A DNA stretch of 34,988 nucleotides from Bdellovibrionales bacterium (GTDB lineage Bacteria; Bdellovibrionota; UBA1018; CAIMNF01): NCBI GenBank assembly GCA_947457605.1, contig CANGWP010000001.1:1-34988 (forward strand), in the 5' to 3' direction. Both the position numbers and the translations under genes were made by a program. How positions within the stretch are numbered: position 1 is the first letter of the stretch; each line of letters opens with the position of its first letter. The notes beneath the pieces are model-generated. The model did no database searches. It was not told where the DNA came from and saw only the letters and a list, made by a program, of their open reading frames with translations. Shown here one piece after another: positions 8,354-16,498 of the stretch.

Positions 8354-8812
8354 TTATCCCAAACGGGGTCTGCGATCCGATTCCACCTGATGTTGTCGTT
8401 CCGTCACCTTCAGGAGCACATTGAATTCATCGGCCAGCACGGACATCAACTCATGCGTGGAAACAATTCCCATGAGAGCACCCTCTGAATCCACGATCGG
8501 AATTCTTTTCACTCCATGCTCCCGCATCAGCATCAACACATGGTTAAAGCTATCATTCTTTCGTGCGGTTACCAGAGTTGCCGACATCACATCCCTGACA
8601 TAAACCGTATTCGGCGCAATTCCAAAAGCGCTTGTGGATACCACGATATCCCGATCGGTGATCATCCCCATGGGGATTTTCCTCAAACCCTTTTCCTGTA
8701 CCACCACAACACAACCCACGTGCTGATCTCTCATGGTTTTGGCGGCAAGCTCCATCGTGGCATTTTCCGGAATGGTCACGACATTTCGATTTGCAATTTT
8801 CTCAAGTAGCAC
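8354..8812 (-). CDS. CBS-pair domain protein
   Basis: The 152-aa protein has two CBS repeats (VVTIPENATMELAAKTMRDQHVGCVVVV...; VMSATLVTARKNDSFNHVLMLMREHGVKRIPIVDSEGALMGIVSTHELM). It has a GTG start with AAGGAA 7 nt upstream. Confidence 0.9.
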   Translation of the reverse strand: MLLEKIANRNVVTIPENATMELAAKTMRDQHVGCVVVVQEKGLRKIPMGMITDRDIVVSTSAFGIAPNTVYVRDVMSATLVTARKNDSFNHVLMLMREHGVKRIPIVDSEGALMGIVSTHELMSVLADEFNVLLKVTERQHQVESDRRPRLG

Positions 8813-8831
8813 TTTTTGTTCCTTATGGCTG

Positions 8832-8867
8832 AAATAAAAAGAGCCCGGATTCTGGATCTCCGGGCTC
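8832..8867 (-). terminator. Intrinsic terminator on the minus strand directly upstream of the CBS gene RBS
   Basis: On the minus strand the sequence reads GAGCCCGGA-gauccagaa-UCCGGGCUC followed by UUUUUAUUU. This is a 9-bp GC-rich stem at 8841-8849/8859-8867 with a U-tract at 8832-8840. Confidence 0.7.
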
Positions 8868-9165
8868 TAGGATTCTCAGGGCCTTTGGACCCTGAGAATC
8901 CTGGGTTATCAGACATAACCCCTTCAGATTTTCATCTGTGACACGGTTTGAAGCGTGCAGTTGTCTTTGGACTTCTCCATAAGGACCACCTACCTTCCAG
9001 CACCTTGTGCCACCCATAAAGTAAGCAATTCGAATGCCAAGCTTTCATGGTGCTTTCGGCCTCCTCTCGATTCTCCCCGGGACAATACTGCCCTTTCAGC
9101 GGGCGTGGAGGGCCCTTGTGAATCCTCTCGAGCTGACGGGCCCAAATGTCCGCCTTGCATGATTT
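8868..9165 (-). promoter_or_regulatory. Long structured 5' leader or small RNA candidate (unclassified) upstream of the terminator
   Basis: There is a perfect 13-bp hairpin at 8869-8881/8890-8902 and a 7-bp hairpin at 8903-8909/8915-8921. Further GC-rich helices include GGGCCC...GGGCCC, GCCC-GCUGAAA-GGGC and CCAUGAA...UUUAUGG. The region has no credible ORF and lies between the divergent CBS and hydrolase genes. Confidence 0.35.
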
Positions 9166-9183
9166 TTGCTTTGCTCTTCCCGG

Positions 9184-9897
9184 ATGAATTACACCGTGCC
9201 TGAACCAGAAGTAAAAATTCTTGATGCAATGATCGAAGATCTGAAATCCGGAAGCAGACTTCCGGGTCAACTTCGAATTCCGCCTGCTCCCCTTGGTTGG
9301 GTCATTTTTGCTCATGGAAGCGGAAGCAGTCGTTTCAGTCCTCGCAACATCCAGGTTGCCAAGACCCTGAACCAGAGACATCAGGCCACCTTGCTTTTTG
9401 ATCTTTTGACGCCCGAGGAATCAAACATCCGGAAAAACGTATTTGACATCCCCCTCCTTGCGGAACGACTCAGAAATTCAGTATTTTGGCTTCAAAAACA
9501 GCTAGATTTCAATAACGCTCCCATTGCCCTTTTTGGAGCGAGCACGGGTGCAGCGGCAGCATTGAGCGCCACGAGTGTATTGGGAAAAAACGTGCGTGCG
9601 GTGGTATCCCGCGGTGGCAGAGTCGATCTTGCAAAATCTGCGGCAGCCGAAGTGGAATGTCCGGTGCTTTTGATTGTCGGGGGATGGGATGAACCCGTTC
9701 TTACCTGGAACCGCGAGGTTCTCCCTTTGCTGAAATCCGGACGCCTCAAGGTCATTCCAAAAGCCACCCATCTTTTTGAGGAGCCTCATGCACTGAGCTC
9801 TGCCATTGAAGCCGCAGCTGATTTTCTCGAGGACCAATTCCGTAAGGATCTTCCTTTCCGCCTCCCTTCCAAACCTCCTGCTGGCCCCTTCCCTTGA
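9184..9897 (+). CDS. Dienelactone-hydrolase-like alpha/beta hydrolase
   Basis: GWVIFAHGSGSSRFSPRN ... ALFGASTGAAAAL (nucleophile elbow) ... VLLIVGGWDEPV ... ATHLFEEP are present. The ATG at 9184 is preferred over the TTG at 9166. Confidence 0.8.
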   Translation: MNYTVPEPEVKILDAMIEDLKSGSRLPGQLRIPPAPLGWVIFAHGSGSSRFSPRNIQVAKTLNQRHQATLLFDLLTPEESNIRKNVFDIPLLAERLRNSVFWLQKQLDFNNAPIALFGASTGAAAALSATSVLGKNVRAVVSRGGRVDLAKSAAAEVECPVLLIVGGWDEPVLTWNREVLPLLKSGRLKVIPKATHLFEEPHALSSAIEAAADFLEDQFRKDLPFRLPSKPPAGPFP

Positions 9898-9923
9898 GTC
9901 CGGACTTCCCTTATGATGATGGA

Positions 9924-10292
9924 ATGAAACTCGTTCTTTTCATGATTTCTTCCCTGTTCGCTTTCGAGTCCCCTTCCTTCGCGAGTCCATGGAGCGACTT
10001 CGAGACCGGATCAGTAATCCGCTTGAAAGAGGATCTCCCCATCGCCCCCACACTCCTTTTTTCAAAGGGGTCGACCTTCGCCGTGAATGGGACGGAGTTT
10101 TTCGGACCACCTTACTTTCAGGTTTTATCGCTCAGGGCATTCCCCTGCCCGGAGTCTTTGGCGGAACGTCGGGTCGATATGACAATCCTTGATGACGCTT
10201 ATGGTTTCGAAATGGACTGGAATTGCAAAGTCTCCCTCTTTATCGAGGTCCGTGACTACTACCGGGAGAGCTACTTTGAAAAAACAGAGTGA
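9924..10292 (+). CDS. Small secreted hypothetical protein
   Basis: The ATG at 9924 gives MKLVLFMISSLFAFESPSFASP, a signal peptide. I recognise no domain. Coding is supported by its tight fit between neighbouring genes. Confidence 0.55.
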   Translation: MKLVLFMISSLFAFESPSFASPWSDFETGSVIRLKEDLPIAPTLLFSKGSTFAVNGTEFFGPPYFQVLSLRAFPCPESLAERRVDMTILDDAYGFEMDWNCKVSLFIEVRDYYRESYFEKTE

Positions 10293-10293
10293 T

Positions 10294-10746
10294 TTGAACC
10301 CTGCTGAATCAACACCGATCACTCCCGCATTTCCTCGGTGGGAGCGAAGTTTTGTCTCAGGGCCTGCCAGCACCCTGTTTCAGGTGGAGCACTCCATTTC
10401 AAATCAAGATTCCCAGGTTCTCTTCACCAAAGTGAAATTCCTACCTCATTCCGAAGGCCCTCCCGGACATGTTCACGGCGGCGCCACAGCCGGTCTTCTC
10501 GACGAGGCAATGGGAATTCTCGTCTGGCATCATGGGTTTGCCTCTCTGACCCAGACCATTCAAATCGATTTCAAGAAAGCAATTCCCCTCTCCGAACCAT
10601 GCCTCATCGTGACGCGGATTGATTCCATAGGGGAGCAAAAGGTGGGCGTCAGTTGCACAATTTTTGATTCAAGCCACCACCCCCATGTGACGGGCAAGGG
10701 GCTTTTCCATAGGCTCACAAAAGAGCAACTTTCCCGATTCAAGTAA
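10294..10746 (+). CDS. PaaI-family hotdog-fold thioesterase
   Basis: GPPGHVHGGATAGLLDEAMG is the PaaI/4HBT signature. The start is uncertain: ATG at 10189 would overlap the upstream gene by about 100 nt, so the in-frame TTG at 10276 or 10294 is more likely. Confidence 0.75.
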   Translation: MNPAESTPITPAFPRWERSFVSGPASTLFQVEHSISNQDSQVLFTKVKFLPHSEGPPGHVHGGATAGLLDEAMGILVWHHGFASLTQTIQIDFKKAIPLSEPCLIVTRIDSIGEQKVGVSCTIFDSSHHPHVTGKGLFHRLTKEQLSRFK

Positions 10747-10760
10747 GGTCCGGTTGATTT

Positions 10761-11543
10761 TTATTCGGAGCAGATGTTCTTTAACGAAACAGTAAACTCA
10801 ACCCTTCGATTCCGTACATCATCGGAGGCAAGACCACGGGTGTTCATGCTCCAGGCTCTGCGAGAGGCAATCCCACGAGGGCAAAAACGTTCCTCATCCA
10901 TTTTCTGATTTTTCACAAAATAATGCATCACCGAGATCGCCCGTTCCGTTGAAAACAGATAGGGATCTTCACCACTGATCGGAGGCTTTTTGTCCAGATG
11001 CCCCTCAATCAGGACATTCCCCTGAACTTTTTTGAAAATCCCCGCAAGTTGATCGAGTCGTTTGTAAGCATCTTTTCTGATCTCAACCCCACCCGCAACA
11101 AACAGCTCATCCCCCGGAATGGAAAACTTCAGCACATCCACATCCGAATCAAGCTCAAGTCCGAAGGTGATGTCCCCGAGCTTTGATTCCACCTCTTCCT
11201 TCAGGTCACGAAGGGGTTTTTGCACGAGATCTTCCGGAACCTGTCCTTCCGCACCATTGGATACGGAATCTCCTTGCCCGAGTTTTTCTCCCAAAGGGAT
11301 CGCCTCGGCCGACTTTTCATCCCTTCCCTTGTTGTAAGGGGTGTTCGGGTGATTGAAATAATGGGAAACAATGGCCTTGGTCTCTTCATCTGCACTGGTG
11401 AGCCAGAGAACCAGGAAAAACGCCATCATTGCGGTCACGAAGTCGGCATATGCCACCTTCCATGCACCACCATGTCCACCCGCATGCCCGGCTTGGACTT
11501 TTTTGATTACGATCGTTACGCCTTTTTCCTTATCCTTGGCCAC
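10761..11543 (-). CDS. motB: Flagellar stator protein MotB (OmpA-like C-terminal domain)
   Basis: GGHGGAWKVAYADFVTAMMAFFLVLWL is the MotB plug/TM region with the conserved Asp. The C-terminal IEGHLD...NRRVEF is OmpA-like. Confidence 0.9.
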   Translation of the reverse strand: MAKDKEKGVTIVIKKVQAGHAGGHGGAWKVAYADFVTAMMAFFLVLWLTSADEETKAIVSHYFNHPNTPYNKGRDEKSAEAIPLGEKLGQGDSVSNGAEGQVPEDLVQKPLRDLKEEVESKLGDITFGLELDSDVDVLKFSIPGDELFVAGGVEIRKDAYKRLDQLAGIFKKVQGNVLIEGHLDKKPPISGEDPYLFSTERAISVMHYFVKNQKMDEERFCPRGIASRRAWSMNTRGLASDDVRNRRVEFTVSLKNICSE

Positions 11544-11557
11544 TTTCTACCTCGGGA

Positions 11558-12415
11558 TTATGCTGCTGCTTTTTGTCCAGATGTCGCTTTATCCACTTCA
11601 TCGAAACTCGGACGACATCCCGGAGGAACCGTCCTTCTTCCGAACTCAACGCAGACTTTGGGTGCGCATTCCTTGGCAAGCGCAAGAATTGCTGACCGAA
11701 TCACGTCTATGTATTTTCCTGCCTCGTGAATGTCGGCCTCGATCTTTGTGGCAAGAGGCTGCATGAATCCATAGGATGCAAGAATCCCGATGAAGGTACC
11801 CACCAGGGCCGCCGCAACGTTTCGCCCGATGGCTTCCTTACCTTCCGAGAGGGCCCCCATCGTGATCACGACCCCGAGAACCGCAGCAACGATCCCAAGA
11901 CCCGGCATCGCGTCCCCGAGTTTTGAAATGTATCCTGGAGCATGAAGTTCTTCTTCATGTGCGGCCTTGATGTCCTTGTCCATGAGGTCTTCCAAATCGT
12001 AAGGACTCATGGGGGATGAAATTTGAACCTTGAGCGTGTCGCAAATGAAGTGCAAGGCATGATGATTCGCAAGCACTCCGGGATAGCGTTTGAAAATTTC
12101 AGAGGCCTCCGGTTTTTCCACATGGGGTTCAAGCGAGAGCGGGTTGGTTTTCACCACCTTGCAAAGCTCGTAGAGGCACATGAGAAGTTCCAAGTATTGC
12201 TCTTTGGTCGTCGGTTTGGATTTGATCGCATGGAGAACCGAATGAATGATCGCCTTCAACTGCGACGTCGAGTTCGCCATCACCGCGGCACCCGCTGCAG
12301 CACCGAAGATGATCAGAAATTCGGTGGGTTGATTCAAGACCATGATGTTTCCGTGGTGGGCAACATATCCGCCCAGAACACACCCAATCACGATGATCGC
12401 GCCGACTATAACCAT
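11558..12415 (-). CDS. motA: Flagellar stator protein MotA
   Basis: MVIVGAIIVIGCVLGGY..., PGLGIVAAVLGVVITMG and AAALVGTFIGILASYG are typical MotA TM3/TM4 segments. The start at 12415 is supported by GAGGA 6 nt upstream. The ORF-track start at 12478 adds 21 unlikely residues. Confidence 0.9.
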   Translation of the reverse strand: MVIVGAIIVIGCVLGGYVAHHGNIMVLNQPTEFLIIFGAAAGAAVMANSTSQLKAIIHSVLHAIKSKPTTKEQYLELLMCLYELCKVVKTNPLSLEPHVEKPEASEIFKRYPGVLANHHALHFICDTLKVQISSPMSPYDLEDLMDKDIKAAHEEELHAPGYISKLGDAMPGLGIVAAVLGVVITMGALSEGKEAIGRNVAAALVGTFIGILASYGFMQPLATKIEADIHEAGKYIDVIRSAILALAKECAPKVCVEFGRRTVPPGCRPSFDEVDKATSGQKAAA

Positions 12416-12529
12416 AGTTTTTCCTCGAATACCATTTCGGCAGAATTGGAGGAAAACTTGACTCTTCCCTTGGAACAAGGAAGACCACCCCCAATAAAAA
12501 CACGCAAGTAATTGAAATTAATTGGAAAA

Positions 12530-14311
12530 CTACTCTCGGACCACCCGCAGGAGTTCATCAAATCCAGGATAATACCCGGACGAAAGCTTCTCTCGCACTC
12601 GTCGCTCCACATATCCCGGTTCAAGCGAGGACTTTTCTTCCTGATACCGATTCCGCAAGAAATCAACCCTTGAACCCGAGACCGCTCCCCTAGAAAGCGT
12701 GGCTTCAAAGTCCCTTAGAAACTGAGCAGCCGAATCCACGCCTTGGCACCGCTCCGTGAGTTCAATCAAACTTCGATAGGCCCGGCTTCGAACGCTATCA
12801 CTTGAAAGGCGTCTTGCACGAAAGTACTCGATCTTTTCAGGAGGAAGAGCTCCCAAAATGAGATTACGATCCTTGGTGGGATCTGCCTTGAATCGGGAAC
12901 ACACCTCGCTCCGATTCTGACCGAAAATCAAACTATTTCTTTCCTCCCTGCGGAGATCCGGCGCATTGGAATCGAAGCCACACCAATCGCTCAGGCGCGC
13001 CGACCGCGGAGACCAAAAAGCATCGTTTCCAATTCGAGTGTATTCCATGAGCTTCACACGGGAGGGTTCGTCATCCGATACTGCAAACGATCCCTCGACT
13101 CCGTACTGGATCACGAGAGCGTGATGCTCCACTCCAGCGCCGGAATATTTCAGAATCCCGCGATCCACTCCAAGTCTTTGATACTGATGAAGAAGATCCA
13201 CCTGATCGCTGAGCCAAACTGTGCCGGAGGGACAAGGCTGCGATAGAGTTGCGGCCGCCGCACAAAGCTCGGAAACGGTTTCTTGTTGCCCGATGCGCGC
13301 TTTTGAAAGAAGGGCTGTTTCCAAAGAGACAAGACGCTCTCGTAGTCCCACGGTATCCCGTTCCGTGGAAGAAAAATGCTTCATCCCCGGAAAAACACGA
13401 TCTTTGACTGAATCATCCGAAAAAGTGATGTCCGCGATTGCCTCAATCGGCTGATTCCACACCTCCTCACCCGGATCCATCTCGAAGATCAGGTTTCGCC
13501 CTTGGGAAAATGCCTGCTTTGCAAGATCGAATAGCCGCTCCGGGGAAAACTCACTCCCTTCCCCGAACGCTCCCAATTTGATCAACGCAAGATTTGCATC
13601 TTCCAGTGAGGGGCCACGAACGCCGGAAGCTCCACTCACGAATCCCTTAAGGTTCAACCTCATCTCGATTTCAGAGCGAGAATAAAGCACAGTGATCAAT
13701 TCCTTGAGCTCTCCCCGGGTAAAAGGCACCTCGTGACAAACCATCGCCTGCCGATGTCGGTCGAGAGCTCTTCTCACCTCCGGATCGATACTCCAAGCAG
13801 CCCAAAGATCACATCGACCTTCCCAGGAAAGACTGCCCGAATTCGGAATCAACTCAAACAAGAGCCCGTACCCCGGATCACGGAGCCACTCCAGAATCTC
13901 GGAATCCCGACTAAGGTTCGGATCCCGAATCAGGGCAAGGTTGAATTTATAAAGAAGACTGTGACCCCGCGATGAAAGCGTGGTTGGATCGACTTTCGGT
14001 GAAGTGATGGGATTGTATTTGAGGGAATTCCGAATCCCCGGAATCTCGTTCACATACGAAAAAGAAATTCCTGAACCACCAGGACCTCGAGCCCTCACGC
14101 GTGCAGGATAAATGCTTACGGGCTCGGTTTGTCGTTTTTGATAATCAGCGGAAATCGCTCTGACTCCAAAATCGACCTCTTTGCACCCGAGAATGCTTCT
14201 GCCGGAGACCTCAAGTTCTTTTCCCTGGTCTTCACACAGTCCGGCAGAGGCCGTCGAAAAGAAACTCGATAAGAAAATCGTTCCGAGATTCAAAAAAACC
14301 AGAACCTTCAA
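12530..14311 (-). CDS. Secreted putative Cys-hydrolase / transglutaminase-elicitor-like protein (paralogue 2, longer)
   Basis: The 593-aa ORF has a TTG start with GGAGG 6 nt upstream and a signal peptide (FLNLGTIFLSSFFSTASA). WEGRCDLWAAWSI, DPGEEVWNQPIEAIADI and ...AFWSPR are colinear with motifs of the 754..1818 protein. Confidence 0.7.
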   Translation of the reverse strand: MKVLVFLNLGTIFLSSFFSTASAGLCEDQGKELEVSGRSILGCKEVDFGVRAISADYQKRQTEPVSIYPARVRARGPGGSGISFSYVNEIPGIRNSLKYNPITSPKVDPTTLSSRGHSLLYKFNLALIRDPNLSRDSEILEWLRDPGYGLLFELIPNSGSLSWEGRCDLWAAWSIDPEVRRALDRHRQAMVCHEVPFTRGELKELITVLYSRSEIEMRLNLKGFVSGASGVRGPSLEDANLALIKLGAFGEGSEFSPERLFDLAKQAFSQGRNLIFEMDPGEEVWNQPIEAIADITFSDDSVKDRVFPGMKHFSSTERDTVGLRERLVSLETALLSKARIGQQETVSELCAAAATLSQPCPSGTVWLSDQVDLLHQYQRLGVDRGILKYSGAGVEHHALVIQYGVEGSFAVSDDEPSRVKLMEYTRIGNDAFWSPRSARLSDWCGFDSNAPDLRREERNSLIFGQNRSEVCSRFKADPTKDRNLILGALPPEKIEYFRARRLSSDSVRSRAYRSLIELTERCQGVDSAAQFLRDFEATLSRGAVSGSRVDFLRNRYQEEKSSLEPGYVERRVREKLSSGYYPGFDELLRVVRE

Positions 14312-14498
14312 ATCAGACCTCCGAAATCCCCAACACCCGCGCTAATCTGCCCTAGCTCGGGGTAGTTTTGATAGCTGAAAATGGCCAAAAAGCACACTTT
14401 TCTGCGATTAAACCAAAATCATGGACCCCTGACGCCCGCCCTCTTCGTCACCGGGGAAAAGCATTGCGAGCACTTCTTGATTTCGTTAGAGTCCGGCC

Positions 14499-15788
14499 AT
14501 GAAATACTTTCATGGTTTTGGGAACCATTTTGAATCCGAAGCCCGTCCAGGGACTCTTCCCCAAGGCAGAAACTCCCCCCAGAAGGTGGAATGCGGCCTC
14601 TTTGCCGAGCAGCTAAGCGGAACCCCGTTTACCGCGCCCAGGTCACGAAATCTCAAAACTTGGCTCTACAAAATCAGCCCCTCGGTCGTCCAAGGGCGCT
14701 TTACTGAGGTAGGTCATCCTACCTGGATCAGTGAATCCACCCGGGGAAGATTTCACAAGACGCCCGAGGCCCTTCGATTTCACCCTTACCCCGAAGCCGC
14801 GACGAACTGTGACTTTCTGGACTCGATTTTCACCTATGCGGTCAACGGGGACTTGTATCGAAACTCCGGCATGGCAATTCATCTCTTTTCTTTCAATCGC
14901 TCCATGAGTGAACGATATCTCTACAATGCCGATGCCGAGATGATGCTGGTACTCGAACACGGGGATGTTGAGATTCACACTGAACTTGGAATTTTGGAGC
15001 TTTCGCCTCTTTTCATCGGCGTCATTCCCCGCGGAATGAAGTTCAAGGTTGAGCTGAAATCCGGCTGTACCTCAGTGCGCGGCTATCTTGCCGAAAATTT
15101 CGGCATGCCATTTCAGCTGCCCGAGCTTGGCCCTATCGGGGCAAATGGGCTGGCAAACCCGAGGGACTTTGAGATCCCCACGGCCTCCTTTGAAACGAAA
15201 GCCGGGAACCTCGAACTGTTTGCCCGCTACCAGGGGTCCTTGTGGAAAGCCCCCCTTGAACACTCGCCTCTCGACACCGTTGCGTGGCATGGGAACTATG
15301 TTCCCTATCGTTATGATCTCCGAAAATTCAACACCATCAACACCGTAAGCCATGATCATCCGGATCCATCCATCTTCACGGTTCTCACCTCTCCGAGTCC
15401 GGTGGGCGGAACCGCAAATATTGATTTTGTGATTTTTCCCCCTCGATGGATGGTGGCAGAGGACACCTTCCGCCCTCCCTATTATCATCGAAATGTGATG
15501 AATGAGTTCATGGGTCTGATCGAAGGTGCCTACGATGCGAAAGAAAGCGGCTTCAGGCCCGCAGGCGCAAGCATCCACAATGCATTCACAAGCCACGGGC
15601 CGGACGCGGAAGGCTTCAAAAAAGCGAGCAGTGCAAAACTTGAACCTACCCGATACGAAAATACGATGGCGTTCATGTGGGAGTCCTGCTTTCCATTTTG
15701 GCCGGCCGAACAAGCTTTGAAAAAGCGGGATCTCCTCGACAAAGATTACGTGGAATGCTGGCAAAGCCTTCCTCGGACCTTTCGCTGA
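14499..15788 (+). CDS. hmgA: Homogentisate 1,2-dioxygenase
   Basis: GFGNHFESEARPGTLPQGRNSPQ, AEQLSGTPFTAPR, PPYYHRNVMNEFMGLI and HGPD are present, with full-length colinearity to HGD. Confidence 0.95.
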   Translation: MKYFHGFGNHFESEARPGTLPQGRNSPQKVECGLFAEQLSGTPFTAPRSRNLKTWLYKISPSVVQGRFTEVGHPTWISESTRGRFHKTPEALRFHPYPEAATNCDFLDSIFTYAVNGDLYRNSGMAIHLFSFNRSMSERYLYNADAEMMLVLEHGDVEIHTELGILELSPLFIGVIPRGMKFKVELKSGCTSVRGYLAENFGMPFQLPELGPIGANGLANPRDFEIPTASFETKAGNLELFARYQGSLWKAPLEHSPLDTVAWHGNYVPYRYDLRKFNTINTVSHDHPDPSIFTVLTSPSPVGGTANIDFVIFPPRWMVAEDTFRPPYYHRNVMNEFMGLIEGAYDAKESGFRPAGASIHNAFTSHGPDAEGFKKASSAKLEPTRYENTMAFMWESCFPFWPAEQALKKRDLLDKDYVECWQSLPRTFR

Positions 15789-15790
15789 CC

Positions 15791-16498
15791 ATGCTGAATC
15801 AGGCGGAGAAGAAAGAACGTGCGCAATTCATTCTGAATTGGCTAAGCGAGAAATATCCGGATCCAAAAGCGCCCCTGGATCACGAGGATGCATTCACGTT
15901 TTTGGTCGCCGTGGCTCTTTCCGCACAGACCACGGACGCAAGGGTGAACCTGGTGACACCGGCACTTTTTCGGGAGGCGAATACGCCCAAAAAGATGGCA
16001 TCTCTCGGCGCACCCCGGATCCTTCATCACATCAAAACCTGCGGACTTGCGCCCACGAAGGCAAAAAATCTCGAAAAGATGTCAAAAATCCTGTGCGAAA
16101 AATTCGGAGGAATTGTTCCGGACAATTTTGAGGACCTCGAAAGTCTTCCCGGGGTCGGGCACAAGACTGCAAGCGTGGTCATGAGCCAGGTTTTCAATGT
16201 CCCTGCATTCCCTGTAGACACGCATGTTTTTCGGATCGCCAAACGCTGGAAACTTTCCCGGGGTCGTTCCGTGGAGGAAACAGAGGCGGATTTGAAAGCT
16301 CTTTTCCAAAAAGAACTCTGGAGCAAAGTCTCGCTTCAAATCATTTTTTATGGCCGTGAATTTTGTACTGCACGCGGATGTGACGGGCATGCTTGCCCGA
16401 TCTGCAGTCAACTCAACGGCACGCAGGCACCTCGAGCAAGGTCCCGTCCGGTGAAACAAAAGAACTCCCCCCGGAAAACGGGGACTCCTTCAAGGTAA
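15791..16498 (+). CDS. nth: Endonuclease III (DNA glycosylase/AP lyase) with basic C-terminal tail
   Basis: The ATG at 15791 lies 2 nt after the hmgA stop. AVALSAQTTDARVN and the HhH-GPD motif LPGVGHKTASVVM ... PVDTHVFR are present. The Cys cluster is CTARGCDGHACPIC. The tail reads NGTQAPRARSRPVKQKNSPRKTGTPSR. Confidence 0.9.
   Translation: MLNQAEKKERAQFILNWLSEKYPDPKAPLDHEDAFTFLVAVALSAQTTDARVNLVTPALFREANTPKKMASLGAPRILHHIKTCGLAPTKAKNLEKMSKILCEKFGGIVPDNFEDLESLPGVGHKTASVVMSQVFNVPAFPVDTHVFRIAKRWKLSRGRSVEETEADLKALFQKELWSKVSLQIIFYGREFCTARGCDGHACPICSQLNGTQAPRARSRPVKQKNSPRKTGTPSR

Noticed and set aside
8813-9165. tmRNA, RNase P RNA or SRP RNA
   Set aside because: There are superficial matches: GAUUCUGGAU as in the tmRNA 5' end, UCCGGGCUC as in RNase P P4, a GGAA loop, and a UUCGAAU heptamer. 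There is no tRNA-like acceptor/T-arm with a G-C closing pair, no tag reading frame, no GAGGAAAGUCC, and no SRP AGCAGCC motif. I treat the region as an unclassified leader instead.
8932-9381. A 149-aa minus-strand ORF spanning the intergenic region and the hydrolase start
   Set aside because: It is antisense to the hydrolase N-terminus, runs through RNA-hairpin-rich sequence, and has no motif support.
12416-12478. A longer MotA N-terminus (ORF-track start at 12478)
   Set aside because: The extra 21 residues (MFQGKSQVFLQFCRNGIRGKT) are not MotA-like. The ATG at 12415 is preceded by GAGGA at ideal spacing and begins directly with the first TM helix.
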